Of a DNA stretch of 64,000 nucleotides, positions 1-14,189 are shown piece after piece. The translations under genes and the position numbers were made by a program. Within the stretch, counting starts at the first letter, position 1. Every line of letters starts with the position of its first letter. Source of the stretch: the human T2T-CHM13v2.0 reference genome, Homo sapiens; the NCBI RefSeq assembly GCF_009914755.1, contig NC_060932.1. One strand, given 5' to 3'. Below the pieces are notes generated by a model, which had not been told where the DNA came from, ran no database searches, and saw nothing but the letters and a program-made list of their open reading frames with translations.

Positions 1-475
1 AGATAAGTTTTGCCTGCATAAAATCAATGGGAGGTGTAAGCAGTTACAATCCTTCCTGCTTGTGGTTTGCTAGGGGGTCATTTTAATGTAATCAATGTGT
101 TTAGCTCGATACCTTCATTTGACTATGCTTTAATTTTTTTCCCTTTATTAAGAACTTTCCCAAAGTCCAGATTTATATGGGTAATATACAGGAAATTGTA
201 TAGAAAAATATCAACGATAATTGTTTGAAATTGGATAATTTATAAAACTGTAGCTAACATAGTTCTTACATCTTTGGAGAAGAAGGAACACCATACACTT
301 TCAACATTATTCCCACTTTCTCAAGAGAATGCTCTATGATGGTAATATAGAAATACGATGGTTAAAAATCTACTTCCAGTTATAAATCAGCTTTTTGAAT
401 TGAATATTTACAGGAATCAGGTAGACACATAAGCAGGAATGCTTATGTACTAATGTTTTTAAAATCCCTTACTTA

Positions 476-783
476 GGCCAGGCACAGTGGCTCACACCTG
501 TAATCCCAGCAATTTGGCCAAGGCAAGTGGCTTGCTTGAGCCCAGCAGTTTGGGCCAAGGAGTCTGGAAAACACTGCAAAGCCCTGTCTCTACAGAGAGT
601 ACCAAAAAAAAAAAAAAATTAGCTAGTCATGGTGGTGCACACTTGTGTTCCCAACTCCTTGGGAGGCTTAAGTGGGAAGATCGTTTGAGCCTAGGAGGTC
701 AAGGCTGCAATGAGTCACGATTGTGCCAGCGCACCGCAACCCAAGCAACAGAGCGAGACCTTGTCTCAAAAAAGAAAAAAAAA
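476..783 (+). mobile_element. Alu SINE, AluJ-like, full dimer
   Basis: Starts GGCCAGGCACAGTGGCTCACACCTGTAATCCCAGC; A-rich linker and A tail; J-type 'GAGCCTAGGAGGTCAAGGCTGCA'; TSD-like AAAATCCCTTACTTA / AAAATCCTTTACATA. Confidence 0.93.
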
Positions 784-789
784 ATCCTT

Positions 790-932
790 TACATATACAC
801 ACACACAATAGATATATACGTCCATAGTAATATATACATATAATCAAATATATATGCATGCATTTTTATGGGAATATACACACATACACGTATAGTGAGA
901 GAGTAGGGAATGTATGTATGTGCATGTGTATT
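790..932. repeat. Degenerate (CA/TA)n microsatellite region after the Alu tail
   Basis: Alternating purine-pyrimidine runs (ACACAC, ATATAT, TGTATG). Confidence 0.7.
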
Positions 933-3900
933 TATGGAGAAATGAGAAATTAACATCAAATTAGACTTAAGATTTTTCTCAAAAACTTTATGAAAGGTGT
1001 ATACTCTATCTTCTTCTCAAAATCTTAGAAATGGTATTTGCCTTCATTTTTCTGCTATGACAAGGTGAACAAATCTCGTAGCAAGTGCATACCATTTATT
1101 ACAATTGTAAAATGACTTGTAACGTCTTATTAACAGTTTTTGAAGGGGGTTTGATTCTTTTTCAGATGTGTAATTAATGTAGCCGTAAAGGAAAATGGCA
1201 ATGTTGTATTGAATACTGAATCTTGACTGTGGTGACCATGCCAGGAATAAGATAAGCAGAGCCCAGTTCCTGCTTTGCCGCTAACTCAGCAACTCACCCA
1301 AGGGGAGCTGGAGAGTATGCCAGAAATGATACATACGGCTATAAAGACAGAGTGTCCAAGTTTGACTCAGTTCATCTCCGGGCTCTTCTCACTTCCGACA
1401 TTGCCCCGTTTTGTGAACTTGACTGTGTCTCTTTCTACATTCTGGAAGCAACAGTGTAATACTCTGCAGTTCTAGGTTCCCTAGCCTCATTCATGCTGTT
1501 GCCTGTGCCCCGCACTTAGCAGATGAGCCAGTGGATAAGGTTCTGCAGCTCTGCTTCCCAGTCTTTCTGACATTTCTGCTCACAATTGTTGAATTACAAA
1601 GCACCAGCTGGTCCCTCGTCAGCAGCGGCCTCCACGCAATCATGGGAAATGCTGCATTCCGTCACAGGGTGCCCTGAGATGTCCCTGCTCTGTTTCCTCT
1701 CTTCACCTTGCAAGGCAGCTGACATCCTTTATTTTCTCATAACGTCACTGCCTGGAATTTCCGCTTCCATCAATCCGGCAGTCCCACAGATATAAGAACC
1801 CATGCAGTGGGCACGGTTTCAGTGTGGTGACCCTGTGCTCTAAAACCCTTTGTCAGGGGAAACACAGTTTTTATGTATTTGTGTCTGAAACAAAAAATGA
1901 CGGAACGTCACATGCAAGTGGTGACCGTAGCTATGTGGCTTTCCTGACTCATAGCAGCACACTAACATCTCAGATTCCATCATCTAACCCAGCCAACGAG
2001 GCACTGTGGATCCTGCTTTCAAGTGTTTTCTGCATTATTGACAGCAAATTACTGAGAAGGCAGAATCCAATGATAGCTTTCCATCCTCATTTTGCACCGT
2101 ATTTTCAGCTTGCTGCCACATTTGTTTTCCTAAGGAGGTAATAAATAAATTGGAAGAAACACTGAAAATACAGCAAAGAGTCAGGAGTCTGGCTTCACAA
2201 TCTGCGACAGCTGAGGGTGAGATATACAATTTTACACCTATGATAGGAGATCTATAACCTTAGATGCCACATCTATTCAGGAAGAATAATATCAAGGTTA
2301 GTGTAAGCATACAATGAAATAAAGTTTCTGGCAAACAGTAATGCTAAAAAATAAATAAATAAATAAGATGTTTCTGTTCTCAGCTTCCTATTTAAGTTGA
2401 AAGGATGTAGTCCAGGAGTATTCAGTCAAGCAAATGTCCATGTTTTGTGACATATATCTCTAATCTATTGTATAAGTATAGACAAAGGCATTTAGTAGAT
2501 GCCACTTTATTGCCTCAAAGAGCTGAAAATCAATGGGTATCTGTGGAAGGAGAATGGTTTACCCCAAGTTCAAAACTGTGTGCAGACAAGAGCCACTGTG
2601 GAGAAAGAGCAGAAGCCAGGACACTATGCTTCTAACGCCGTGAGCTGGGCCAAGAGGTGAGGTCTTTGGCAATAGGAATGCATGAGCCTACAAAAGGCCT
2701 AAGTAAAAAGTTTTAAAAAAGGAATTGTATTCTAGTCCCTTAGTTGATAACCTGAGAATTCTCATTAAAAACGTACAAGGAAAAAGAGATCATGTTTGTA
2801 GACCTACCTTATGCAAGTAAGGCTAATATCCCCGGAAGATATGAATATCACTGATCACAGAGAAAATAAGAGAAAGACTGAATGTTGGAAAGAGAGGCAC
2901 GATTATAAATTAGTGAAAGCTTTCTGATTTGTTGATACCAAGTCAGCTGCATCACAGTCCACAAATATTTGTTGAAGTGATACATTTTTCTAAATTCCAA
3001 GTCTATTGACAATAATACAGAATGTTATATTGAAAATTAAGTGGGCTACCCTAATGCTACTCCAGAAACACGACTGCAAGTTTCTGCAGTGATAAACCTC
3101 ATCACAGAACCTAACACTGCTGCAGAATTTGTCCTGTTCCAGGCCCGATTTGTGCTTTGAACTCATGCAATGCCTACAGTGGCCACATGACGCGCATGCA
3201 CTATTGTTCCCATGCTACAGATGAGATAAAAGAGGCACTGACTGTTTACATAATTTGCCCAGGATTGTCCTTTTGCAGTTTGTAACAGAGCCAGATGACT
3301 GGGTCACGCAAATGTTGAAAAGGGGCAGCAGAGAGGTGAATAAGTCCGGGTGTGAATTAGGGGGTGGAGCAGCAAGATCAGCGTTTGGGTCTCGCATTAG
3401 AGTCTCACCTGCATGACTCCCGCAGGGTAAACAGCCACGCTGCTTCTAATGCTCTGCTGTAGATCACATTCCTTTTACTTTATAAATCAGAACTTGCCTC
3501 TGTTTGGCAGGAACCTTGTTTGGGAAATGAAAATATGGTAAGTATGTGTTTCCTTCTAGTTAAACAAGGGAAAGTATCGTTCTTAAACGCCAAACTTAAA
3601 TGGTTAAAAAAGTTAAGTCTTAGGCCATGTCTTAGAACGAACGTTCTTATCTTTAAATTGTGAGTCATTTTTTCAGATAGAGACAAGGTTTGATTTTTTA
3701 TCACTCTTGGTTAGCTGATGACATAATACACATTCAAAGAAACGTGACAGATTTTAAGCAAATTTCTAATCAACAGTGTTCTACTTCGTCAAATCACAAC
3801 AGAAACATTCCTCCGTGTCAGCTTTTGACATTGATCCCCGGATCTTTCCAGTAATTTGTGTATTAAGAGCCACAAAGGGGAATACACAAAGCTGCAAAGT

Positions 3901-5161
3901 AAATTAAATCCTCTTAAATAAGGCAAAATGAAACAACAAAAAAGTGCCATCCTATAGCCCTCTCTGTTCCCAGTAAGTGCGGGAATGAGCTTTTGAGGAA
4001 TGCACAGCCCAGGTGTTCTGCAGCTGCACATTTTAATCATCAAGTCACCAAAGTCTGCTGATAAACATCAAAAAAGCCTAATGGAGTCACAGACCCAGTG
4101 GCCTAGTTCCTCAGATGAGCTCCATAGATTCCTACAGAAATGGAATTGGAATAGGGCTGGCTGGAGTTATCAGAGCATAATAATCATCCGATCCTGACAT
4201 TAAGAGTCCCTCTGCCTCACACCACCCAGAGGCAATTCGTTGTGTGAGGGGTGTGGGAACAAGGTTTCATATCTGGACTGGGATCACTGTGATATCCTTG
4301 GGGTGGTAGCAAAATCTTTCTTTTTACTAACTTTTTAATTATGGCTAAAGAGTTGATGGGGTTGAAAATGCTTTCTCCTTTTCAATGAAGGCTCTGAACG
4401 GCCGTGCAAAGTTTATGTTCTCTCTGGTTTTGATAAAACTTAAATGAATGCAGAAGCCAATGGCAAGTCCATAAAATTTCTCAGTGAGTCTCTGTACTGA
4501 CTTGAGAAAGAAAGGATAAATATGCTATTGGTGCTAACTCTTTTATTGAGCATTTTTATGTCCAATTCTTTATCTTCCTTATGTGTAATAAAGTAAGTTC
4601 CTCTTATTTGACTTACTAAATTCAAATTCTGAAAGATCACTTCTATCCACATACCCAAAAGCATTCAGTTAGTGACAATATTAAAAACAATGGGAAACAG
4701 TAGTTTTTGCTATTTGGTGATACCAGGTACCCATCTGCTTGTGATTTAAGATAATTTTCTGTACTGTCAGGGGCCCAAGAAGAGACTATGTGCAGTTTGC
4801 AGTGCGGCCAGTGACAGCTTCAACCTTTGAACAGGAAATCCAGACAGTACGGACTTTTGGGAAGGGCCCAAATTACAGATCCCAGCAGCGAGCAGCAAGT
4901 ACTATGAACACAATCACAGGGAGGCTTTTTAATTTATCTGAGCTTAAGTCTCCTCATACATAAAATGGAGTGCATTTTTCTTACCTCTCCGGACATTTGT
5001 GAGGGTTACGAAACTTTATCTATCCAACCAACTTTGCAACTGCTTGGCAGATGATGCATACATCCCAGATGATATTAAGTAGGGGTGGTGGCCAGGCATT
5101 GAGGGGCATGTTATGCACACAAGGAGCCTGTAGAGCAGAACAGGGATGGACCCGCCATGGC

Positions 5162-5462
5162 CAGGGTGACAAATCTCACTGCCTATCTTGTGGAAACCCT
5201 AAGAGTGTATTTTATATTTTTAAGTGGTAGAAGAAACATCAGAAGAAGATTTTGGGACAAGTGACGATGTATGAAATTTACATTTCAGTGTCCACAGAAG
5301 GAGTTTATAAGAACACAACAGGGCCCGTTTGTCTACATCCTGTCTGTGACTAGTTTAGTGATGCAATTGCAGAGCTGGGTCACTGCACCAGCAACTCAGG
5401 GTGGGCAGAGCCCAAGATATTTACCATCATTTTCTTTGAAGAAAATGTTTATTCACGCCAGC
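5162..5462 (+). mobile_element. hAT-Charlie DNA transposon relic, MER58B-like
   Basis: 'TGAAATTTACATTTCAGTGTCCAC...GAACACAAC...GCAGAGCTGGGT...AAGATATTTACCATC...AGAAAATGTTT' follows the MER58 consensus order. Confidence 0.65.
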
Positions 5463-5627
5463 TCAAAGGTTGAATTGAAAATTTTCTATTTTCGTCCTTT
5501 TTCTTTCTCTATTTTCCCCTACCTCCTTCCCTCCCTCCTTCACTTCCTTCCTTCCTTCCTTCTGACTAGCGGAGAAAGAGGCTCAAAGAACTGGTTAAAG
5601 CAGCTCTAGCTACCTCTAGTCAATGAC

Positions 5628-6297
5628 TGTGTTGTCATTCCCCCGTATTGCTAAGACCCTCTGCCGGTCATGTAACAAATGCAAATCTTTCACGCAGAGT
5701 TGATTTTCAGAACAGCTCAGACCTCTGTTATCTGGGCATGGGGTGAGGGCATCCCCTCACGCCCAACCGGCCTTGGGTGGGTCTGCACAGTTGTCCCTCT
5801 GGCCGTCCTTTTCCTAGGAGTCAGGGCCAGGGCTGACCTGCCTGGTCCAGCGTTCACAGCTGGGTGAACTTGCCCAGGGCCTTGGTCCAGCTTTAGTCAG
5901 TCTCCTATCCTCCCCACAGGAAAACAGGATGCTGAAGTTGGGCTTGGTCCTATCCTCCCCACAGGACAACAGGATGCTGAACTTGGGCTTGTCCCTGAGG
6001 TTAAGCAAGCTGTAAGGTTCAGAACATCTTTTAGCAACGTATGCCGAGATTGGCCAACTGTTGCTAGGACCCTTTCCTGCTCAACTGCCCCCATACACGG
6101 AACCAATGCCTGCTCAAAGCTCCTCCTACCCCTACCCCTGCTTCCCCATTACAATACAAGAAAACCCTTTTTTTTTTTTTTCTGTTTGAGCTTAAGATCC
6201 CTGCAGTCCCTGAGGTCAGACCATTCTCCCTACGGCCTTCATCATTTTTAGTGAAGTCTCTCCTTTCCTAAGCCCAGACATACTTATTTTGGCACCA
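5628..6297 (+). mobile_element. Probable old ERV1-class solo LTR (MER92-like)
   Basis: The 3' part 'AAAACCCTTTT...CCTGAGGTCAGACCATTCTCCCTA...AAGTCTCTCCTTTCCTAAGCCCAGA...TTGGCACCA' resembles ERV1 LTR U5 ends. Subfamily uncertain. Confidence 0.4.
5903..5991. repeat. 45 bp tandem duplication (2 copies)
   Basis: TCCTATCCTCCCCACAGGA(A/C)AACAGGATGCTGAA(G/C)TTGGGCTTG occurs twice with period 45. Confidence 0.92.
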
Positions 6298-6393
6298 TTG
6301 ATGCTAGGACGGAGGATCATGCCCCCATGCCAGCTCTGCAGACATCGGGAAGACTAAACAACAGAAGTACATGTCAAGCCCTTGGAGGAAGGA

Positions 6394-6624
6394 TGCAATC
6401 ATCTCTACTGCAAAAATACATTGCAAAGAAAACCCGAAAGAAATAGTAATATGAATACAGCCACTAGTGCGGTCATCACTATTGCAAAAGGATATTGCAA
6501 ACAAACAAACAAAAAAAAATCAAAGAAACAATAATACTAATACAGCCGCTAGTGCAGTCATCAGTATGGCAAAAGGATATTGGAAAAACTCCCAAAGAAA
6601 CAGTAATATTAACACAGCCGCTAG
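6394..6624. repeat. Diverged minisatellite, 3 units of about 74, 85 and 72 bp
   Basis: Each unit reads approximately TGC.RTCATC..TA..GCAAAA..A.ATTG..AA-(A-rich)-AAAGAAA.A.TAATA..AA.ACAGCC.CTAG. Confidence 0.85.
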
Positions 6625-6973
6625 GTTGTGTCCTAGGTTCACTATGACAGAACAGTCCTCGTTCCCCTCCTTCTTATTTTTCTGGCCCAGAAATGATAAT
6701 TTTCACAGTGGTGTTGCTGGTGGTAGTGGAAGATCAACGCCGTAATAATGAGTATTATGGGCCAGCAGCTATTCCTAAACCACCCCATCCAGTCCTTATC
6801 ACAACCCCATGAGAACCACCATCATCGTCACTTGATGGGTGTGAACACTGAAGTGTTGGGATTTTAGAACTTTCCCAAGTTTATCATATGGGATGATGTA
6901 GAATCCAATAATAGGAAGTCAGTTTTCAGAATCTGAAATCTCAAGTCCTCAGTTTACTACTGTTTCCAGCTGA

Positions 6974-7341
<368 letters not shown>

Positions 7342-7436
7342 TAGCATTTAGTGTAAGTTTAATTTATACCTCAAGTATTTTAAAAGCTAAATTAATGTCC
7401 ATTATTAGTACTCAAATGGAGGAAATATTTTTATTT

Positions 7437-8180
<744 letters not shown>

Positions 8181-9249
8181 GCACTGAGGACCATTAAAAA
8201 ATAACGTCTTAATTCCAACTATTAACTTTGAAAATTATGATTTACTGACTAAGACTTAAGGGGAAGTATTTGTCTTTTATATAGCAAAAATCTGGCTAAT
8301 TGTTCTTTCTAAAGTCTAACTTTATCATAAAGTAACACAAAACATTCTGATTCTTGGAAAGTACTGAATTTAGGAAACTCTCCAGCAACAAGCATAAAAA
8401 TAAAATAATGATTGAAAACCATTTTTTGTAAAGTAATGAAGCCAACTTTGGAAATTTGGTGTTATGTTGACATATATACACGAAACTTTAAATTCAATGA
8501 AATAGTCCAGAATAAAGAATATATTTCAATAAAGTAAGTGTTGGTCATGTGTCTTCATGAGGTCCGAACATCGGTTGAAAGTCAGACAATCATTATGCTT
8601 AAGCAAGGAAAAGGAGATTTTCAGGTGATTTAAATATCCACGTTTCTCATCTTGCATGAGGCTGAAGCCTCCATTTACACACTGTGGATTTCCCCACTTT
8701 CTTGCAGACACTCTGGAAGTCTTTGTACTTGTGTGTGCACAGACACATGTCCACGCAATGTCCCACACTCCATGTCTTCACTCTTGCCTTGTGGCAAGTT
8801 GCAATTATTTTCTATAAGGTGATACTACATTTACTCAGTCACACTTGGATAAAAGCATCATTTTACCCGTGAAGGTGGTGTACTGTAAATATCAGAAAAG
8901 AAGAAGAAAAGGAACTTGAAGTTTCTAATATTTCCTTAAGGAGAAATTCTAAAAAGGACATACTGCTGTTGTTCTCTGCTGAACAAGTGGTTTAATATTA
9001 CTTGAGGCCACTGCATACCTCATCAGATGTATTTATCAGTTGATATAAAAATTGTTAATTATTCTTTGGTGATCACTTTGTCCTTCTTCTTCTGGTTTGC
9101 ATTAAATCACGGCACTTCTTAAAAACTGAGCAGTCCCAGATTTGCAGGAAATGTAAATAATGTAAGAGATACATTTCCAGGAAATATAAACAAATAATGT
9201 AAAAAAAAAAAAGTCATGTCTTAAGACATGATAAAAGTTCAGAAGGATG

Positions 9250-9455
9250 AAGTACTTGCAATGTGCTACTTCCTATCTCATTTAATTCCATGAACAACCC
9301 TCTAAAGCAAGCACTCTTACCATCTGCATTTACATGTGAGCCTTAGAAACATTACATAACTCACCAGCTACACATAATTGATAAGAAACAGTAAGTGACA
9401 GAATTAGGGCTAAAATCCCGGTCTCTTTGACTGTAAAAATGCAGGCTTTCAGCCA
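9250..9455 (-). mobile_element. MIR fragment
   Basis: 'CTATCTCATTTAATTCCATGAACAACCCT...CATTTACATGTGAG...AGTAAGTGACAGAATTAGGGCTAAAATCCCGGTCTCTTTGACT' is the antisense MIR core. Confidence 0.55.
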
Positions 9456-10644
9456 CACAATTAAAGGAATCTTAGAGGTAAACTTGTCATTCCTCCTTAA
9501 TTTTTTAGAAGAGAAAATTGAAACTGGAATAAGTTGAATGGCTTACTCAAGGTCATGCTGCTGTTGAGATAAAAGAAAAAGGACTGAACCCAAGCTGAAC
9601 ACGCAAAGTCCACTGTGCACCTCCTACTACTTGACATTGTTTTGGACAGAGTTCATCAAGTGGTACATTTTGATCTATACCTGTTAAAAATCTAAATTTA
9701 AAATGTCAAAAGTTTAATGTGTTCTTCCAACGTCAACAACAGCCATAAAAATTATTACAATTTAGCAGAAAAATCTGCCACGAATCATAAGAAAACCATT
9801 GCTGCCATCATTTTTTACTGATTCTGGAACCAGTTTCAAGGAATCAGATATTTTGAATTGTGCAAAAGAAACAAAATTTGTTCATTTTTTCATAATCTGC
9901 TATATGATATGTCACTGCATTTTTTTCTTTGCCATAGAATTTAATTCTTTTAGATTTTATAATGGTTCAGTAAGTCAAGACTTCATCAGTTCATATCCCT
10001 TTCGTTTAAATATTCAGTAAGTATAGTACACAACATACCTTTAAAATTAATTTCTTTATGGTGGCATTGTGCCTTTGACTAACCATTCTGTATTTGCCTT
10101 CGACTTTGCTAAACTAAGCAATTTCCCTTAATGTCAACCTTGATAAGCAAGTAAGCATTAAGGCAACATTTAAACACTGAAGCAATATATGGTTACATGA
10201 TTCTAAATAAACTAAACCAGTGCGACATCGTAATTAGTTTCCCTGCCTGCTGTGAGCAACTTTTCTTTCCAAAATTCCATGCATGTCTTTTAATTGTTAT
10301 GTTACCAGTATTCATCTAAGAAACATTCTGCAATAAAATGTAGCAGATTTTCCAATAATAAAGTTTGCTAAAGAAAACTCAGCAAAGTTTAATGGATTTA
10401 TGTTACTACAAAAGAAAAGTGCTTGTTTTTAGGTAATTTTGATGTTCAAATGTTTTTTGGTTTTACCTTGACAGTAAATCTTTGAGGATATAGTGTAACT
10501 GATAAAATAATAAACAGAATAGAGGTGAATTCAAGACTTACACAAAATTTAAGCCAGTTTGATGAACAGTTTTGATCCTCAAAAATCTAACTTGCCAGAA
10601 TATTAAATTTTGATATTTTTAATTTATTTTACCTAAGTTACTTT

Positions 10645-11505
10645 GATTTTTTAAATATAGATTTTATATTTTAAGAGCAGTTTTTCTAGGTTCACAAAAA
10701 ACATTGAGTAGAAGGTACACTGATATGTCATGTAACACCTGCTCCCATACACAGAGCCTCCCCAACTATCAACATCCCACGCCAGAGTGGTGCATATGTT
10801 CCAACTGATGAACTTACATTGGTAAGTCATTATCATCCAAAGCCCCAGTTTACAATAGGGTTCACTCTTGGTCTTGTACGTGCTATGGGTGTCGATAAAT
10901 ATATAATGCTATGTGTTCACCATTGCAGTATCACACTGAGTAGTTTCTCCGCCCTAAAAATTTCCCTGTTGATTTCCCCTTCCTCCAACCCTTGGCAACC
11001 ACTGGTCTTTTTACTGTCTCTACAGTTCTGCCTTTTCCAAAATGCCCTAGAGTTGGAATCACAAAGTGGGTAACCTTTTCAGACTGGCTTCTTTCACTTA
11101 GTAACGTGCACTTCAGTTCACTCTATGTCTTTGCATGGCTTTCGGTTAATTTTGTTTTAGCAATGAATAATATTCCATTGTCTGATACACCACAAGTTTA
11201 TCATTTCACCTACCGAAGTACACTTTGGTTGCTTCCAGATTTTGGCAACCAAGAATAAACCTTCTAAAAACATCCCTTGGCAGGTTTTTCAGTACACGTA
11301 AGTTTTTAGCTCCTTTAGATAAATAACAAGGAGTGTGCTTCCTGGACTGTATGTTGAGAGTATGTTTAGTTTTCTAAGAAACCACCCAATTGTCTTCCAA
11401 AGTGGCTGTTCCATTTCGCATTCCCATCAGCCATGACTCAGAGTTATTTTACTCCATATCCAAGACAGCAATCTACATTGTTGGTGTTATGGATTTTGGC
11501 CAATT
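10645..11505 (-). mobile_element. Old L1 3' end, L1MC-like
   Basis: 'AGAGCAGTTTT..AGGTTCACA...ATCAACATCCCACGCCAGAGTGGT...TTACAATAGGGTTCACTCTTGGT' matches the L1MC1/2 3'UTR pattern, followed by antisense ORF2 tail. Confidence 0.8.
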
Positions 11506-12812
11506 TCTTTTTTCTTGTTTTTACGTTTGTATTTTAATGTGTGAGTTACTTTTATTTAGATTTTATCCTTCAAATCACAGTACAGACATTGTTTTGTGAA
11601 ATATTTACTATTAGGTAAAGCTACAGCATCATTTGGTGTGAATTAAATCTAGCTAGATAAAACTTCCTGTTTTAAAGTGAGTGTTTTTTCAAAACTCTGT
11701 TGACTATCTACATACGGTAAGTGGAGTAAAATTCAAGGAAATAATTTTAAAGCAAGAAGTAACATATAAATAATAAAATTTTTTTATGGTGGATGTGATG
11801 ATCTTGATTAATCAGTAGCACTAATACTGCTAAGCTTACAATTTTGGAAATGTAATGACTTATTCAACAGTGTCATTACATTTTAATTTTCTACACCTAT
11901 ACCCCTTCATCATTAATTCAAAAATTACTACTCTAAATACCATGCCATGAAAACAGAAACACTGGGTTTGAATCAAGGTTTGGTTACTCGTTAGGTGACT
12001 TTCCATCTGTTATATAAGTTTTCCAGGCTTCTCAAATTAATTTTAGGGTGGTGATGTGGGATTGAGGAATAATCGTGAGGAGAAATTAAATAAGCAGAGT
12101 AAGCTGTTGGTACATGTGTCATTCCCTTCTCTTCTTTATAAACATTACATTAAGAAAACTCCAATACTTATCATGTTTTTAAAGAATACTTTTAATTTTT
12201 TTATACCTGATAGTTTTCTCTTAAAATGTAATCATTAGATTATATGAGTTTAAGGAATTAATACAGGATTTTTGGAAGAAAAAAGAAATGACAAAAATAT
12301 TTGAAATATACAAAAGTTAGAAAAAAACAAAATGATGTTAAAAAGGATTAATTTTCTTTAATGGATACAAACGATACATATAGAATCTATCTACATTTAA
12401 AAATATATCTAAATAGTATTCATAAAACAACAGTCACACACTGTACTTGTTGGACAGAGAACACTTACACATTCAGGTAAGTGATGCTAATATCCTTGAG
12501 GGTTGCAGGTGACCTCTGAAACAGCCTGGCATGCTTCCCAGAAATGAACCCCTAAACTAATCAAACGCAATGACAACTAATCCTACCAATGTCCCCAGGC
12601 GTAAATCTAGATATAAGCTGTTGTATAAGCCACCAAGCCCCGCCCAAAATCTTCTTGAATGTTTTCATAGTAGTAATTTATTTAGGTACCTTATTGGTTT
12701 ACATACTTCTGTGATTGAGTCCCTCACACAAGACACGACTGAATTTTGAGAATATAAGATTTTAAAATATGTTGCTGAGGTGGAGGAAAGATTCAAGTAC
12801 TAAAAGTATTTA

Positions 12813-12967
<155 letters not shown>

Positions 12968-13494
12968 TATATATATATATATGTATATATATAGTTTGAT
13001 AGTAGTCCTGAAAAAGAGACTTCATTATCTGTTTCAACTGAGCAGTAGGAATTTTTATAATTATTGTAGAGTTTCCTATGTTCTTGTATGTTTTTGTCCA
13101 TGACACCTGAGGTTTCTGTATTGGTAGAGGCTGTGTAGACAGTGAAGTTTAGGTGGGTACAGATGTGTGTTTAGAGAAACTAAGAATTCATGTGCTGGTG
13201 CATGCATGACAGGTATCTATATTTCAGCCTCCACTGCTTAATATGATACCTACGCCTAGCCAGTAACTATCAGCAACCCAAAGAGCTACACACCCTCCAG
13301 GTGTCACTGTTCTTTTCAAAAGGACATGGAGGTCTGTTGCAGCGAAAGTTACAGCTGTTGATCCACTCAGTTAAGTTCTGTGTGCCGGGTATCTCAGCTG
13401 TAGAAGCGCAAACACGTGGTGTCCCACAAATTCCTTAGGACTCTAAAACAACTCTTACTAAAAGATGTGCCATTTGTAGAAAATATAAGCATCA

Positions 13495-13782
13495 TGTTTT
13501 GTTTGAGGTGGTGTCATGCTATGTCGCCCAGGCTGAGTGCAATGGCAGTCATTGCTCACTGTAGCCTCAAGTGCCCAAGCTCAAGTCATCCTCCCACCTC
13601 AGCCTCCCAAGTAGGTGGGACCTCCGGTGCACCACCATGCCCAGCTAATTTTTAAAGTTATTTGTAGAGACATGGTCTCACTATGTTGCCCAGGCTTGGC
13701 TTGAACTCCTTGACACAAGGGATCATTGAACCTTGGCCTCCCAAAGTGCAGGAATTACAGGCGTGACCCATCACACCCGGCC
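13495..13782 (-). mobile_element. AluJ-like
   Basis: Antisense Alu with J features (GCTCAAGTCATCCTCCCACCTCAGCC, CTATGTTGCCCAGG); TSD-like AAG(C/T)ATCAT. Confidence 0.88.
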
Positions 13783-13896
13783 CAAGTATCATTTTTATTA
13801 CAAGTTTAATCACTAAGCATCTCATCATTTCTTCCTGGTCATGCCATGAGGTGTTAGCTCACGTGTTGTCACTCCAGCCGCATTATGTCACTCTTA

Positions 13897-13967
13897 CTAG
13901 GTTGTTGCAAAACTAATTGCGTTTTTTGCCATTGAAAGTAAAAGCAAATTACTTTTGCACCAACCAA
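13897..13967. mobile_element. MADE1 (Hsmar1-derived mariner MITE), internally deleted
   Basis: TAGGTTGTTGCAAAACTAATTGCGTTTTTTGCCATTGAAAGTAA...ATTACTTTTGCACCAACC matches the MADE1 inverted termini. Confidence 0.85.
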
Positions 13968-14189
13968 CCTGTGCCTAGCACAGTATCAGATATATATATA
14001 CTGGATAAACTATCATTACTCTTACTCTTCAAGGTGTCACTGTAAGTAATAACAATTGAAACAAAGTTTGCAATTATGGGACTGTACATCTCTTTATATC
14101 CTTTTCTTGACCTTATTTACATGCTCACACTTTAATAAGTGAATTCCCAATCTTGCATTAATTACATTCTTAATGATGAGGTCATAGAG

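Noticed and set aside
487-843. This ORF and similar ones at 7004, 7593, 16044, 33511, 39787, 44603, 46160, 52398 and 62778
   Set aside because: Typical Alu-translation peptides (e.g. [23 protein letters not shown]).
6394-6624. CRISPR-like repeat-spacer array
   Set aside because: Primate DNA, no cas genes; the units are imperfect tandem copies and the variable parts are A-rich slippage rather than unique spacers.
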